From Thermotogota bacterium (GTDB taxonomy: Bacteria > Thermotogota > Thermotogae > MWEM01): a stretch of 64,000 bases of DNA. The position numbers and the translations under genes are program-made. The stretch lies in NCBI GenBank assembly GCA_035447925.1, contig DAOTHY010000002.1, positions 40,248 through 104,247 of the forward strand, given 5' to 3'. Of this stretch, positions 27,462 to 37,752 are shown one piece after another. The notes below the pieces were generated by a model. The model had not been told where the DNA came from and did not search any database. It saw only the letters and a program-made list of their open reading frames with translations. How positions within the stretch are numbered: the first letter of the stretch is position 1; each line of letters opens with the position of its first letter.

Positions 27462-28925
27462 GTGTATATTGACGATTTCCTCAATTTATTAAAAAGGGTT
27501 GGGGACTTTGAAACTAAAAAATTAGGTTTTTCCATAGAAAAACAAAGCGACAGCGAAAGCGATGAACTTTTTTTCACAACCGATTCCCGATGTATCAAAA
27601 AAAATACAGTTTTTATCGCCATTAAAGGACATAGTGTTAATGGCCATGATTTTGTGAACTCAAGTTTTCAACAAGGTGCCCTATTGGCAATCGTAGAAGA
27701 AGCAAGAGAATATGAGGGTATCTGTTTAATGGTTGATTCGGTGATTGAGTTTATCAATCGAATGGCCTTAGATCAATTTGCAAGATTTGCCGGATACACA
27801 ATTGCCATAACCGGTTCCAACGGAAAAACAAGTACAAAAGAATGGGTCAAAAACCTTTTGGGTGCTTTTCACAACGTGCAATCTGTCTTTTCAAACAAAG
27901 GGAACATGAACACAGAGATCGGTTTACCTGTCTGTATTCTTAATGAATTAAATACTCCGAAAAGATACTCGGTAATTGAAATGGGGATGTCCAAAAAAGG
28001 AGATATAGAATACCTCGTTGATACTTATCGAGTTGATTTTCCCGTTCTTTTAAATGTCGGAACAGCTCATATTGGCAATACAGGTAGTCTTGAAAACACT
28101 TTTCAAGAAAAATCTCAAATCTTTAAACATCATCAGAAAGAGCACCCGTTATGCTTAAACATCTCTGATCCATTGATAAAGGATTATTTCAACAGGCATC
28201 GTTCAAATAAAAAGATCTGTGTATTTGGGAATATTGGCGATAAAATCAAGGGCTTTTGCGGGGTATACCTCAATCACATAGATTATTCTTTCAAAGAAGA
28301 ACGTTTTATCACCACCTTCGAATTGATTGTTTCGAATGGAGAAAACGAAAGCATCATCAAACAATCAATAGATGGGATCTTTCATAGAGGACAGTTGCTT
28401 AATCTATGCGCCTCATTGTCTATCCTTGTAAATCTTCAGCATGATATATTTGCCATTAAAGATTTTTCTCCATTTATCTCAACTGTCAAAGAAAGATTCG
28501 AACCCGTTTTCAAAAACGGACAATTATTGATCAAGGATTGTTACAATTCAAGTCTTGAATCTCTAAAATATGCGTTGGATGTATTGGAAATCTACCGAAT
28601 GAAACAATGTCAAAAAAAGATCTATTGCGTATTAGGTTCTATTGCGGAAGCTGGCTCCCATGAATCAGAAATTCACGAAAAAATCGGAGAAATGCTCAGT
28701 GCTAAACATGTTGATGTTGTATTTTTATACACTAAAGATCCAGTAATCAAGCAAATTCAAAAAAAATATACCGGTGAAATACACATCTATGAAAAGAGTG
28801 TTGAACTTTCAAATGAACTGGTTAAACGCATACGGGAAAACGAAAAGGCTGTATTTTTGTTTAAAGCTTCAAGAAGTATTCAATTAGAGGAGGTTTACGA
28901 TCATGTTATGGATGCTGTTGATTGA
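27462..28925 (+). CDS. murF: UDP-N-acetylmuramoyl-tripeptide--D-alanyl-D-alanine ligase
   Basis: Mur ligase 'ITGSNGKTSTKE'. GTG start 27462 with AAGGAG 6 nt upstream. Follows murE as in dcw clusters. Confidence 0.85.
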   Translation: MYIDDFLNLLKRVGDFETKKLGFSIEKQSDSESDELFFTTDSRCIKKNTVFIAIKGHSVNGHDFVNSSFQQGALLAIVEEAREYEGICLMVDSVIEFINRMALDQFARFAGYTIAITGSNGKTSTKEWVKNLLGAFHNVQSVFSNKGNMNTEIGLPVCILNELNTPKRYSVIEMGMSKKGDIEYLVDTYRVDFPVLLNVGTAHIGNTGSLENTFQEKSQIFKHHQKEHPLCLNISDPLIKDYFNRHRSNKKICVFGNIGDKIKGFCGVYLNHIDYSFKEERFITTFELIVSNGENESIIKQSIDGIFHRGQLLNLCASLSILVNLQHDIFAIKDFSPFISTVKERFEPVFKNGQLLIKDCYNSSLESLKYALDVLEIYRMKQCQKKIYCVLGSIAEAGSHESEIHEKIGEMLSAKHVDVVFLYTKDPVIKQIQKKYTGEIHIYEKSVELSNELVKRIRENEKAVFLFKASRSIQLEEVYDHVMDAVD

Positions 28926-29847
28926 AATCTTCACATCACTTAATTTGTTTTCTTTTGTTACAAAGCAATTTAAAAAAATAGGGATTGTTCAATATGTTAG
29001 ACAAGAGGGACCCCAACTGCACAATTATAAAGAAGGAACACCGACAGCAGGCGGGATAGTTTTCATGGTTTTGTTTTTAGCCTTCTATTTGATCTCCTCA
29101 ATTTTTGTAGAGAATAAATATTTGGTAGCCATTATCCTTAGTTCTCTTTTGTTTGGTACAATAGGTTTTATCGATGATTTCTTAAGTGTTCGTTCAAAGC
29201 ATTCTCAAGGGTTGAGTGCCCTCAACAAATTGATTATGCAGTTAATTTCAGGTATTGTTATCTATATAATCTTATTGCTAAGCGGTATCATCCAATCCCA
29301 TACCATTTTGCTTTTTAATATACAATTCAATCTTGGATGGTTTTATCCGATCTTTTTTGTGCTCTACTTAACCATGTTTTCAAATGCAACAAATATTACT
29401 GATGGATTAGATGGCTTATCAGGCGGTTGTGCATTGATTACTGCAGCAGGTATACAAGTCTTTCTTTGGCTTAGTGGTGTCAGTGATTATTCAATGATGT
29501 TTCTTTCGGGGGCTTTACTGGGATTTTTATGGTTTAACATAAAACCAGCATCGATATTCATGGGCGATACAGGCGCTTTAGCCTTAGGTGCAATATTCGG
29601 AATCATTGCCTTGGTGAATGGCAATGTTTTAACAATTTCTCTCCTCTCACTCATCTTCTTTGTTGAAATATTTAGTGTCATCCTTCAAGTGTCATCTTTT
29701 AAGATTACAGGAAAAAGATTATTCAAAATGAGTCCGATCCACCATCACTTTGAATTGTTGGGATGGAACGAAACAACTGTTGTGGTAAGATTTTGGATTG
29801 TTAATATTTTAGGTGTCGTATTCTCAATTGTATTTGTTATAATATAA
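28903..29847 (+). CDS. mraY: Phospho-N-acetylmuramoyl-pentapeptide transferase
   Basis: 10-TM protein with 'NATNITDGLDGL' and 'MGDTGALALG' MraY signatures. Overlaps the murF 3' end. Confidence 0.9.
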   Translation: MLWMLLIEIFTSLNLFSFVTKQFKKIGIVQYVRQEGPQLHNYKEGTPTAGGIVFMVLFLAFYLISSIFVENKYLVAIILSSLLFGTIGFIDDFLSVRSKHSQGLSALNKLIMQLISGIVIYIILLLSGIIQSHTILLFNIQFNLGWFYPIFFVLYLTMFSNATNITDGLDGLSGGCALITAAGIQVFLWLSGVSDYSMMFLSGALLGFLWFNIKPASIFMGDTGALALGAIFGIIALVNGNVLTISLLSLIFFVEIFSVILQVSSFKITGKRLFKMSPIHHHFELLGWNETTVVVRFWIVNILGVVFSIVFVII

Positions 29848-29935
29848 TCCGATAGATGATATGATGGATTAGTCGGGACAGTTACACAGGCCCCGATTTT
29901 TAGCATGCCTTTTATACAAGTTCAGGGGAGATTAT

Positions 29936-31795
29936 ATGATACTTAGAGCCGAAAATATCACTTTTGGGTTTTCAACAGAACCTTTGTTAAAAGATTGTAG
30001 TTTTCAGGTCCAGGATGGGGATAAAATTGCTTTAATCGGTCCGAATGGAACCGGAAAAACTACTTTACTGAGAATACTTACCGGGGGAATCACTTCCTAT
30101 GAAGGAAAAATCATTTCAAAAAAAGATATGAGAATTGGGTATCAGGAACAATTTAGAATATCAAATCCAGATACTTCTTTGTGGGAAGAGATTGAAAAAG
30201 AGTTTCAAGATGTGATAAAAAAAATCACTCATGATTATGAGGTCGAGCATGAACATCTTGCTTTCGAGAAAAAGATTCGTTCCATTCTTAAAGGCATGGG
30301 ATTTTCAGAAAAAGATTGGCAAAGAAAGCTTGGTTCTTTCAGTGGAGGAGAACTCACAAGAATATCCTTGGCACGTTTATTTTTAAGAGACTACGACCTT
30401 TTAATCCTGGATGAACCTACCAATCATCTGGATATTGCATCGGTTTTTTGGCTTGAGGCTTTCTTAAAATCATATAAAGGAACGATATTGATGGTCACTC
30501 ACGACAGAGAATTATTGGGCGGGGTGATTAATCAGATCTTTGAAATCAATTCGAATAAGGTATGGAATTTCAGAATGACTTATGATGATTATCTTCTCCA
30601 ACGAGAAAGAATGATTGAATCTAAAATGAAAGAAAAGAAAAGACTGGAAATCGAGTTGGAAAAACAAAAGAAATTGGTTAAACAGTTCGAAACCTGGGGA
30701 CATATGGGCAATCCCAAGGCCATCAGTTTGATGCATTCCAGGGAGAAAATGGTGGCCAGGGTAGAACGCAAGTTGGAAGAAGTTGAAATAATGGAAGAAA
30801 ACAAAACCCATCTTGGAGATATTCCAAAGCCTGAAAGAGCAAACTATATCGTTTTTGAGTGTAATAACCTTTCAAAGGGATTTGGGCAAAAAACTTTGTT
30901 TGAAAATGTCAGTTTTACAGTTTTTCGATCTGAGAAAATCGTGTTGTTGGGGCGAAACGGGATTGGTAAATCAACCTTATTAAAGATAATGACCGGTGAG
31001 ACCCGGAGTGATCAAGGTACATTCCACTATGGCGATCTGGTTCGCTTTGCATATTTATCCCAAGACTTATCTAAATTAGATCTTCAACAAACCATATTCG
31101 AAGAACTAAATACCTTAATGCCCATGAAATACGACTATGAAGTTCGGGCATATGCCGGTCGATTTGGATTCACAGGGGATGAAACCGATAAGAAAGTGGA
31201 TGTGTTAAGCGGCGGAGAAAAACTCAAATTATCATTGGCAAAACTTTTATTAAAAAAACCAAATTTTCTCATCTTGGATGAGCCGACCAATCATTTAGAC
31301 ATCATGTCGATCGAAAGACTTCAGGAGATTTTGGGTGAATATGAAGGGGCTATCTTGATGGTTACTCACGACCGAAGGCTTCTTAACTATGTTTCAGATC
31401 GAATTCTCGTTTTAGAGCAAGATGGTATTCAAGAAGTCGGCTCGGTGAACGAATATATGAATCGTATGAACGAATCTTCCGGGTTTTCCAATAAAGAAGT
31501 TAAGTTCGAAAAAAACGCAACAGATTATGAACGTCAAAAGGCATTAAAAAACATGCTTCAAAAAACACAAAGAATGATCAATGAAATTATGGATAAGTAC
31601 GAGACCGTGGAATCTGAACAATGTCGAATCGAAAATGAGATGTATTTACCCGGTAACATCAACAATTATCAAAAACTAAACAGATTAGCGGATAAAAAAG
31701 CGGAGAATGAAAAAATATTGCTGGAATTGATTGAAAAGATAGAGGATTTAGAGAATGAAAAAGAATCACTACTACGGAGGGAAAACGATGTATAA
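29936..31795 (+). CDS. ABC-F family ATPase (tandem ABC domains, no TMD; Uup/EttA-like translation factor) with C-terminal coiled coil
   Basis: Two Walker A (GPNGTGKTT, GRNGIGKST), two signature motifs (FSGGELTR, LSGGEKLK), two Walker B (LLILDEPTNHLD, FLILDEPTNHLD), C-terminal Lys/Glu coiled coil. Confidence 0.85.
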   Translation: MILRAENITFGFSTEPLLKDCSFQVQDGDKIALIGPNGTGKTTLLRILTGGITSYEGKIISKKDMRIGYQEQFRISNPDTSLWEEIEKEFQDVIKKITHDYEVEHEHLAFEKKIRSILKGMGFSEKDWQRKLGSFSGGELTRISLARLFLRDYDLLILDEPTNHLDIASVFWLEAFLKSYKGTILMVTHDRELLGGVINQIFEINSNKVWNFRMTYDDYLLQRERMIESKMKEKKRLEIELEKQKKLVKQFETWGHMGNPKAISLMHSREKMVARVERKLEEVEIMEENKTHLGDIPKPERANYIVFECNNLSKGFGQKTLFENVSFTVFRSEKIVLLGRNGIGKSTLLKIMTGETRSDQGTFHYGDLVRFAYLSQDLSKLDLQQTIFEELNTLMPMKYDYEVRAYAGRFGFTGDETDKKVDVLSGGEKLKLSLAKLLLKKPNFLILDEPTNHLDIMSIERLQEILGEYEGAILMVTHDRRLLNYVSDRILVLEQDGIQEVGSVNEYMNRMNESSGFSNKEVKFEKNATDYERQKALKNMLQKTQRMINEIMDKYETVESEQCRIENEMYLPGNINNYQKLNRLADKKAENEKILLELIEKIEDLENEKESLLRRENDV

Positions 31796-33281
31796 GATCA
31801 ACGGCACAAATATGGATCTGAAGATAGTCGAATCCATTGCATATCAAAACGAAAAATTAGAGATCGATGAATCATGTTTTCAACAAATCAAAATGAGCGC
31901 AAAACGAGTAAAAGACTTTGTGAATGAATCAAAAGTTGTATATGGTGTGACAACCGGTTTTGGAGCATTGGCGTCTGTTCACATTGATGCCCCTAAATCA
32001 GCAGCACTTCAAAAAAATCTCATCTTATCACATGCAGCCGGTGTTGGGGAACCATTGCCAGTTGAGGTTGTGCGAACGATGATGCTTTTAAGAATTAATT
32101 CGCTCGTTAAAGGTTATTCAGGTATACGCCTCGAAACACTTCAAATACTTGTAGACTTTTTAAACAAAGGGATCACTCCGTATGTCCCTGCACAGGGCTC
32201 AGTTGGTGCCAGTGGTGATCTGGCTCCGCTGGCTCACATGGCAATGGCCATGCTGGGCGAAGGGAAAGTATATTACAAAGGAGAAATTACTGGCGCAAAA
32301 GAGGCAATGGAATCTGAACATATTCAGCCATTTGTTCCCGCTCAAAAAGAAGGTCTCGCCCTTCTTAACGGGACTCAGATGATGTCTTCTTTACTAAGCA
32401 ATATCCTAATACGTGCTTACAATCTGTTTGAATGGACAATGATCTCGGCTTCAATAACTATAGACGCGTTGAAGGCCTCAACAGCTCCTTTTGATCCAAG
32501 AATCCATGATCTTCGGCCCCACCCCGGACAAACATTTGTTGCAAAAAGATTGTTGGATCTTTTAGACAAGAGTGAAATCAGAGAGTCTCATAAAAACTGT
32601 GGAAAAGTTCAAGACGCATATTCATTAAGAGCCATCCCTCAGGTGTTTGGAGCAGTAAAAGATACCTTTGATTATGCTAAAATCGTATTAGAAAGGGAAT
32701 TCAACTCAGTGACTGACAACCCAATCATATTTGAAAACGAAGCCATTAGCGGTGGTAATTTTCATGGCGAACCAATAGCTCTGGTAGCGGATTTTGTTGC
32801 AATTGCATTAACTGAATTATCAAATATAACCGAACGACGCATAGACCGCTTGGTTAATCCTTTAGTATCATCATTGCCTCCATTCCTGGCCAAAGGCGAA
32901 GAAGGCTTGAACAGTGGTTTTATGATTTGGCAATATACAGCCGCCTCTCTGGTTTCAGAAAACAAAGCCTTGTCTCATCCTGGCTCAGTTGATAGTATTC
33001 CAACTTCTGCATTTCAGGAAGATCATGTGTCTATGGGCTCTGTTTCAGTAAGGAAGGCTTTTTCAATCATTGGAAATTGCGAAAAAGTAACAACCATTGA
33101 ATTAATGTTGGCTTTGAGGGGTCTTTGCTTTTTACGTCCGATGAAAACTGGAAAGCTTTTAGAATTTTATATTGAAAGATTCCAACAAACACTAAAGCCT
33201 CACCACAGTGATCGCTATTTTGGAGACGATTTCCAATCTATTTTAGATATCATTCGTAACCATAATCCATTAAAAAGCTAG
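31788..33281 (+). CDS. hutH: Histidine ammonia-lyase (MIO-dependent aromatic amino acid ammonia-lyase)
   Basis: MIO-forming 'GASGDLAPLAHMA' triad, ~500 aa. Start set at internal ATG 31788 (MYKINGTN...). Confidence 0.85.
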   Translation: MYKINGTNMDLKIVESIAYQNEKLEIDESCFQQIKMSAKRVKDFVNESKVVYGVTTGFGALASVHIDAPKSAALQKNLILSHAAGVGEPLPVEVVRTMMLLRINSLVKGYSGIRLETLQILVDFLNKGITPYVPAQGSVGASGDLAPLAHMAMAMLGEGKVYYKGEITGAKEAMESEHIQPFVPAQKEGLALLNGTQMMSSLLSNILIRAYNLFEWTMISASITIDALKASTAPFDPRIHDLRPHPGQTFVAKRLLDLLDKSEIRESHKNCGKVQDAYSLRAIPQVFGAVKDTFDYAKIVLEREFNSVTDNPIIFENEAISGGNFHGEPIALVADFVAIALTELSNITERRIDRLVNPLVSSLPPFLAKGEEGLNSGFMIWQYTAASLVSENKALSHPGSVDSIPTSAFQEDHVSMGSVSVRKAFSIIGNCEKVTTIELMLALRGLCFLRPMKTGKLLEFYIERFQQTLKPHHSDRYFGDDFQSILDIIRNHNPLKS

Positions 33282-33283
33282 GG

Positions 33284-34402
33284 GTGATACAATTGAAATT
33301 TTCGATGAAAAAGGGTGTGCTAATCAGTGCATCCTCAAAAATTGTCAATATTATACCTAAAAAAAACATCAAACCCATTTTATCAGGTGTGAAGATTCAC
33401 AGCAATGAATCAGATGTGTTTTTTTCTGCAACGGACATGGAATCATCAATGATGATAAAAGTCGAACAATTTGAAAAAGAAGGTAATGGAGCATTTGTTG
33501 TAGATGCACTAACATTGGAAGAAATCTCAAAAAACCTTTTAAAAAATGAGGTCTTTTTTACCTTAGAACCGAACAAAGCGATCGCATATACTGGTGCAGG
33601 AGAGATCAAAATCCCGGTAATGAATGCAGACGATTATCCAGAGCTCGATTTTGAAGATGTAGGCGAACCCATCCAACTTCAAAAAGAGATCATACTAAAA
33701 ATGATCTCTAAGGTTCTGTTTTGCGCATCAACAGATGAAATGATGCGTAATCTGAATGGAGTATTATGGGAATTCTCCGGAAAATATCTAAGGCTTGTAT
33801 CCGCCGACAGTTATCGAATGGCAGTCACTGAGGAAATTGTTTTTGATGAAGAACGCTCTGACTTAAGTTTTTTTCTTTCTCTCAAAAGTATGAAAGAGAT
33901 TCAAACCCTCTTAAAAGAATCTGATGAAGAATTATTCACAATTCGTTTTGATGGTAAAAAAGTGATCACAAAGATTAAAAACATTTTTTTTACAGCCAGG
34001 CTTATGGATGTTTCCTTTCCCAATTATAAAGCTGTTTTACCAGAACAATTTCAAACTAAAATTATCATCGATCGGATTGAAATTTTAAAAGCGTTAAGAC
34101 TCATCTATATTATCGCTAAGGGAAAAGGTGATACAGTAAAACTGAACATTGAAGAAAAAAAATTAGAAATATCAGCAAGATCACAGGATAGGGGTGATGG
34201 TGATATTCCTTTTGAAATAGCACAAGAGGGAAAGGATATGCTAATAGCCTTCGACCCAGTTTATCTGATTGAAGGGCTCGAGCATTTTGATGCTGATCAA
34301 TTGGAAATGAATTTTGTTGATGAGAACAATGCTCTACAAATAAACGACACACAATTATCAGGTTTCTTGCACATTATTATGCCTGTAAAAATCAGATCAT
34401 GA
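33284..34402 (+). CDS. dnaN: DNA polymerase III beta sliding clamp (ectopic / possibly second copy)
   Basis: Three-domain clamp pattern: N-terminal 'KFS.KKGVL..A...V', 'SADSYRMAV' (~ATDGHRLA), 'FPNYKAVLP', C-terminal 'IIMPVKI' (~IMPMRL). Exact start uncertain (GTG 33284 / TTG 33293 / ATG 33305). Confidence 0.8.
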   Translation: MIQLKFSMKKGVLISASSKIVNIIPKKNIKPILSGVKIHSNESDVFFSATDMESSMMIKVEQFEKEGNGAFVVDALTLEEISKNLLKNEVFFTLEPNKAIAYTGAGEIKIPVMNADDYPELDFEDVGEPIQLQKEIILKMISKVLFCASTDEMMRNLNGVLWEFSGKYLRLVSADSYRMAVTEEIVFDEERSDLSFFLSLKSMKEIQTLLKESDEELFTIRFDGKKVITKIKNIFFTARLMDVSFPNYKAVLPEQFQTKIIIDRIEILKALRLIYIIAKGKGDTVKLNIEEKKLEISARSQDRGDGDIPFEIAQEGKDMLIAFDPVYLIEGLEHFDADQLEMNFVDENNALQINDTQLSGFLHIIMPVKIRS

Positions 34403-34872
34403 GAATCGGTATCGGTTATGATGCCCATAGATTTCAACTTGGAAGACCATTGATTTTAGGAGGCATCGTTATTCCTTACGAATATGGACTGTCGGGACAC
34501 TCTGATGCCGACGTATTGATCCATTCGATGATTGATGCCCTGCTGGGTGCGGCAAACTTGGGAGATATTGGAAAGCGGTTTCCAGATACCGATCAAAGGT
34601 ATAAGGGTATTGACAGCAAGCTCCTTTTGAAAATGGCTGATCAAATGATACAACAAGTCGGTTTTTCTATCATGAATATAGATTCTGTAATTATCGCTGA
34701 AGAACCGAAATTAAAAGACTATATTTCAAGTATGAGCGAAAAAATTGCTTCTGTACTAATGATTGATAAAGAACTGATCAGTATCAAAGCCACAACGACT
34801 GAAGGAATGGGATTTGAGGGGAAAAAAGAGGGGATTAGTGCACAATCAGTGTGTCTCTTGGAGAAAAAGTGA
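34399..34872 (+). CDS. ispF: 2-C-methyl-D-erythritol 2,4-cyclodiphosphate synthase
   Basis: 'MRIGIGYDAHRF', 'GHSDADVLIHSMIDALLGA', 'DIGKRFPDTD' – canonical IspF motifs, 157 aa. Confidence 0.92.
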   Translation: MRIGIGYDAHRFQLGRPLILGGIVIPYEYGLSGHSDADVLIHSMIDALLGAANLGDIGKRFPDTDQRYKGIDSKLLLKMADQMIQQVGFSIMNIDSVIIAEEPKLKDYISSMSEKIASVLMIDKELISIKATTTEGMGFEGKKEGISAQSVCLLEKK

Positions 34873-35678
34873 TGAGATTTGATGAGATTTTAGGAGGTTA
34901 TGTTCCCAACAATTCTGTTTTTCATAAAGCAGATCCAAGGATTAAATTGCTGTATACCTTATACGGTTTGATCGTTCTTTTTTTTATTCATCATTGGATA
35001 CCATTTTTGATTATGGGAATTGTAATTTTTATGATGTTTTGTTTTTCTAAAATAGGTATAATCGTGATGGTTAAATCATTAAAGGCTATTTGGGTTTTAA
35101 TTGTTTTGGCGTTTTTTCTTCAGCTATTGGATGATACAGGCCGTGTGATCATCAGTTGGAGTTTTATTACAGTTACTGAAGAGGGTATAACTCGTTCGTT
35201 TATAATGGTTGCCAGACTCTGTTATCTCATTTGGCTATCGCTGCTCCTCACAGCCACAACCTCACCAATGAGAATAGCTGATTCAACTGAAAGCATTTTT
35301 AAAACAATCGGTATAAAAAAATCTTATGCCCATGATATCTCAATGATTATGTCTTTGGCAATCCGATTTATTCCAATTATTTCCATCGAGGCCGGCCAAA
35401 TAATAAAAGCTCAGACAGCGAGAGGTGCCAAATTCGAAGATCGTCGTATCATCAAAAGAGTTCAGGCATTCTTTCCACTGATCATACCTCTTTTAGTTAG
35501 TTCCTTCAAAAGGGCAGATGAATTGGCTCTGGCGATGGACGTTCGGTATTATAACGGTTACCAAGGAAGAACCAGATACATTGAACTCAAAATGAAAATT
35601 TCAGATTATTTTTTACTGATTGGCGTTTTTGGTCTGTTCACATTTATTCTATTCTTGGAAAAGGCGGTTTCATATTGA
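34872..35678 (+). CDS. ecfT: Energy-coupling factor (ECF) transporter transmembrane subunit EcfT/CbiQ family
   Basis: CbiQ-like polytopic membrane protein with conserved 'AQTARG' (A-x3-ARG) coupling-helix motif. Start ATG 34872 overlaps the ispF stop (TGATG). No ecfA genes adjacent. Confidence 0.75.
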   Translation: MRFDEILGGYVPNNSVFHKADPRIKLLYTLYGLIVLFFIHHWIPFLIMGIVIFMMFCFSKIGIIVMVKSLKAIWVLIVLAFFLQLLDDTGRVIISWSFITVTEEGITRSFIMVARLCYLIWLSLLLTATTSPMRIADSTESIFKTIGIKKSYAHDISMIMSLAIRFIPIISIEAGQIIKAQTARGAKFEDRRIIKRVQAFFPLIIPLLVSSFKRADELALAMDVRYYNGYQGRTRYIELKMKISDYFLLIGVFGLFTFILFLEKAVSY

Positions 35679-36424
35679 AGAAATGGGTTGATGCAGATTT
35701 TACAAAACAATTCGGGAAACTTTCAGGAGTTGATGAGGCCGGAAGAGGGCCACTTGCTGGACCGGTAGTTGCTGCAGCAGTTTACTTAACTTTTGAGCAG
35801 GAACAAACACTTGTTGAAAAAATGCCCTTTATTGATGACAGTAAAAGATTGAGCAAAAAAAAGCGAGAATTGATTTTTGAATATGTAAAAAGTGAGAGTA
35901 TACCCTACGCTATCGGCATCTGTGATGAAAGCATCATCGACAAGGAGAATATTCTTAAGAGTACTAATATGGCTATGAACAGCGCTTTGGAAGGGCTTAA
36001 TGTTCCTCATGATTTGGCTTTGGTAGACGGTAAAAATCTATGCATCAACCATCCCAACAGGCAAATTATTAAAGGAGACTCTCTTAGTTTAAGAATCGCT
36101 TTAGCGTCCAATATCGCAAAAGTCGTTAGAGACAATATAATGACCGACTTTTCAAGAATTTACCCTGAATTCTTCTTTGAAAAGCATAAGGGTTATGGTA
36201 CCCATGTACACTTGAAGGCTTTAGAAAAATATGGTCCGACACCATTTCACAGACTTACTTTTAGCCCGCTGTGTGATATGATTACCCAACAAAAGCTAAA
36301 TGAATGGCTAAACTCAGGAATTATTTCAGAACAAAGATATCAATGTGTTTTGAACAAATCAAACACAAGACAAAACAGTCAAAAGCAACTATCATTGTTA
36401 GTAAATAAGGAGGGATTGAACTGA
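35675..36424 (+). CDS. rnhB: Ribonuclease HII
   Basis: 'GVDEAGRGPLAGPVVAAAV' catalytic N-terminus, 'DDSKRLS', 'GDSLSLRIALASNIAK'. ATGA overlap upstream. Confidence 0.9.
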   Translation: MKKWVDADFTKQFGKLSGVDEAGRGPLAGPVVAAAVYLTFEQEQTLVEKMPFIDDSKRLSKKKRELIFEYVKSESIPYAIGICDESIIDKENILKSTNMAMNSALEGLNVPHDLALVDGKNLCINHPNRQIIKGDSLSLRIALASNIAKVVRDNIMTDFSRIYPEFFFEKHKGYGTHVHLKALEKYGPTPFHRLTFSPLCDMITQQKLNEWLNSGIISEQRYQCVLNKSNTRQNSQKQLSLLVNKEGLN

Positions 36425-37728
36425 TGAGGGCTTATGATATCATTTTAAAAAAGAGAAATGGATTGATTTTGACGAAAGAAGAATTAGAATACATGATCAC
36501 AGGATGTGTGAATGGAACGATTCCAGATTATCAAACAGCGGCTTTTCTGATGGCTGTTTATTTTAAGCATTTAACTTCTGAAGAAACATTTATTTTGACT
36601 GAATTGATGAGATATTCCGGTGATACGGTTGATCTTTCTCAAATTGACGGAATTACAGTTGATAAACATTCAACAGGAGGTGTTGGTGATAAAACGACGT
36701 TGATTCTGGGTCCTATGGTTGCCGCCTGCGGAGCAAAAGTAGCCAAATTATCAGGAAGAGCTCTTGGACATACCGGGGGAACCATTGACAAGTTGGAATC
36801 CATTCCGGGATTTAAAACAGATATAGAAACGAAACAATGGATTAAACAAGTCAATACAATCGGATTTGCTTTGGCCGGTCAAACGGCTAACTTGGTTCCT
36901 GGAGATAAAAAACTGTATGCATTAAGAGATGTTACAGCAACTGTGGATGAACCTTCCCTAATCGCTTCGAGTATTATGAGCAAAAAATTAGCCGGTGGAA
37001 CCGATGCTTTTGTTCTAGACGTCAAAGTAGGTTCAGGGGCCTTTATGCAGGAGGTTAGTGAAGCAAAGCAATTAGCCCAAATCATGGTAGATATTTCCAA
37101 AAAAGCTGGTAAAGACGCCGTTGCTGTTCTAACGAATATGGATGAGCCTTTGGGAAACAAAGTAGGAAACGCCTTGGAAGTCATAGAGGCTATCGAAACC
37201 TTGAAAGGTAAAGGTCCACAAGATCTCACACAATTATGCCTGATCCTCGGAAAATACATGCTGAAATTCGCTTTATCAATGGAATTAGAAGAAGCAGAGC
37301 AAATACTTATGGAAGCCATTTCATCCGGAAAAGCCTATAACAAATTGATAGAATTCATCAAAGCCCAGAAAGGGGATACAGATTTTCTTGAGGATCCTTA
37401 CAGGTTATTGAAAAACAAAGGCGTCTATGAGCTGAAATCTGAAAAAGACGGATACATTGGAAAAATAAACACTCAGATGGTGGGAATCGCAGCAAATCTT
37501 CTGGGTGCCGGCAGAGAAGCAAAAGAAGATATCATCGATTATTCAGTTGGGTTTGATTTTATCAAAAAAACAGGAGATAAAATAGAAAAGGGTGATCTAA
37601 TCGTTAAGGTTTTTTACAACGATGAGCAAAGATTAAATGATGCGGTTTCTACTCTTAAAAACGCCATCACGATGACTGATCTTGCTGGGGTTGAAAAAAA
37701 ACCGTTAATTTTTGATATAATCAGTTAA
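36424..37728 (+). CDS. pdp: Pyrimidine-nucleoside (thymidine) phosphorylase
   Basis: 'DKHSTGGVGDKTT', 'GRALGHTGGTIDKLESIPGF', ~434 aa, TP/PyNP family. Confidence 0.9.
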   Translation: MRAYDIILKKRNGLILTKEELEYMITGCVNGTIPDYQTAAFLMAVYFKHLTSEETFILTELMRYSGDTVDLSQIDGITVDKHSTGGVGDKTTLILGPMVAACGAKVAKLSGRALGHTGGTIDKLESIPGFKTDIETKQWIKQVNTIGFALAGQTANLVPGDKKLYALRDVTATVDEPSLIASSIMSKKLAGGTDAFVLDVKVGSGAFMQEVSEAKQLAQIMVDISKKAGKDAVAVLTNMDEPLGNKVGNALEVIEAIETLKGKGPQDLTQLCLILGKYMLKFALSMELEEAEQILMEAISSGKAYNKLIEFIKAQKGDTDFLEDPYRLLKNKGVYELKSEKDGYIGKINTQMVGIAANLLGAGREAKEDIIDYSVGFDFIKKTGDKIEKGDLIVKVFYNDEQRLNDAVSTLKNAITMTDLAGVEKKPLIFDIIS

Positions 37729-37730
37729 CT

Positions 37731-37752
37731 GAAAAAACCAATTGGTTTTTTT
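37731..37752 (+). terminator. Weak AT-rich palindromic hairpin + T-run after pdp (possible partial terminator)
   Basis: GAAAAAACCAATTGGTTTTTTTC perfect palindrome; low stability (A/T stem), so only a weak candidate. Confidence 0.25.

Noticed and set aside
29848-29935. Possible terminator hairpin (TCGGG…CCCGA + TTTTT) after mraY
   Set aside because: It has only a 5-bp stem with a 13-nt loop, which is too weak to call confidently.
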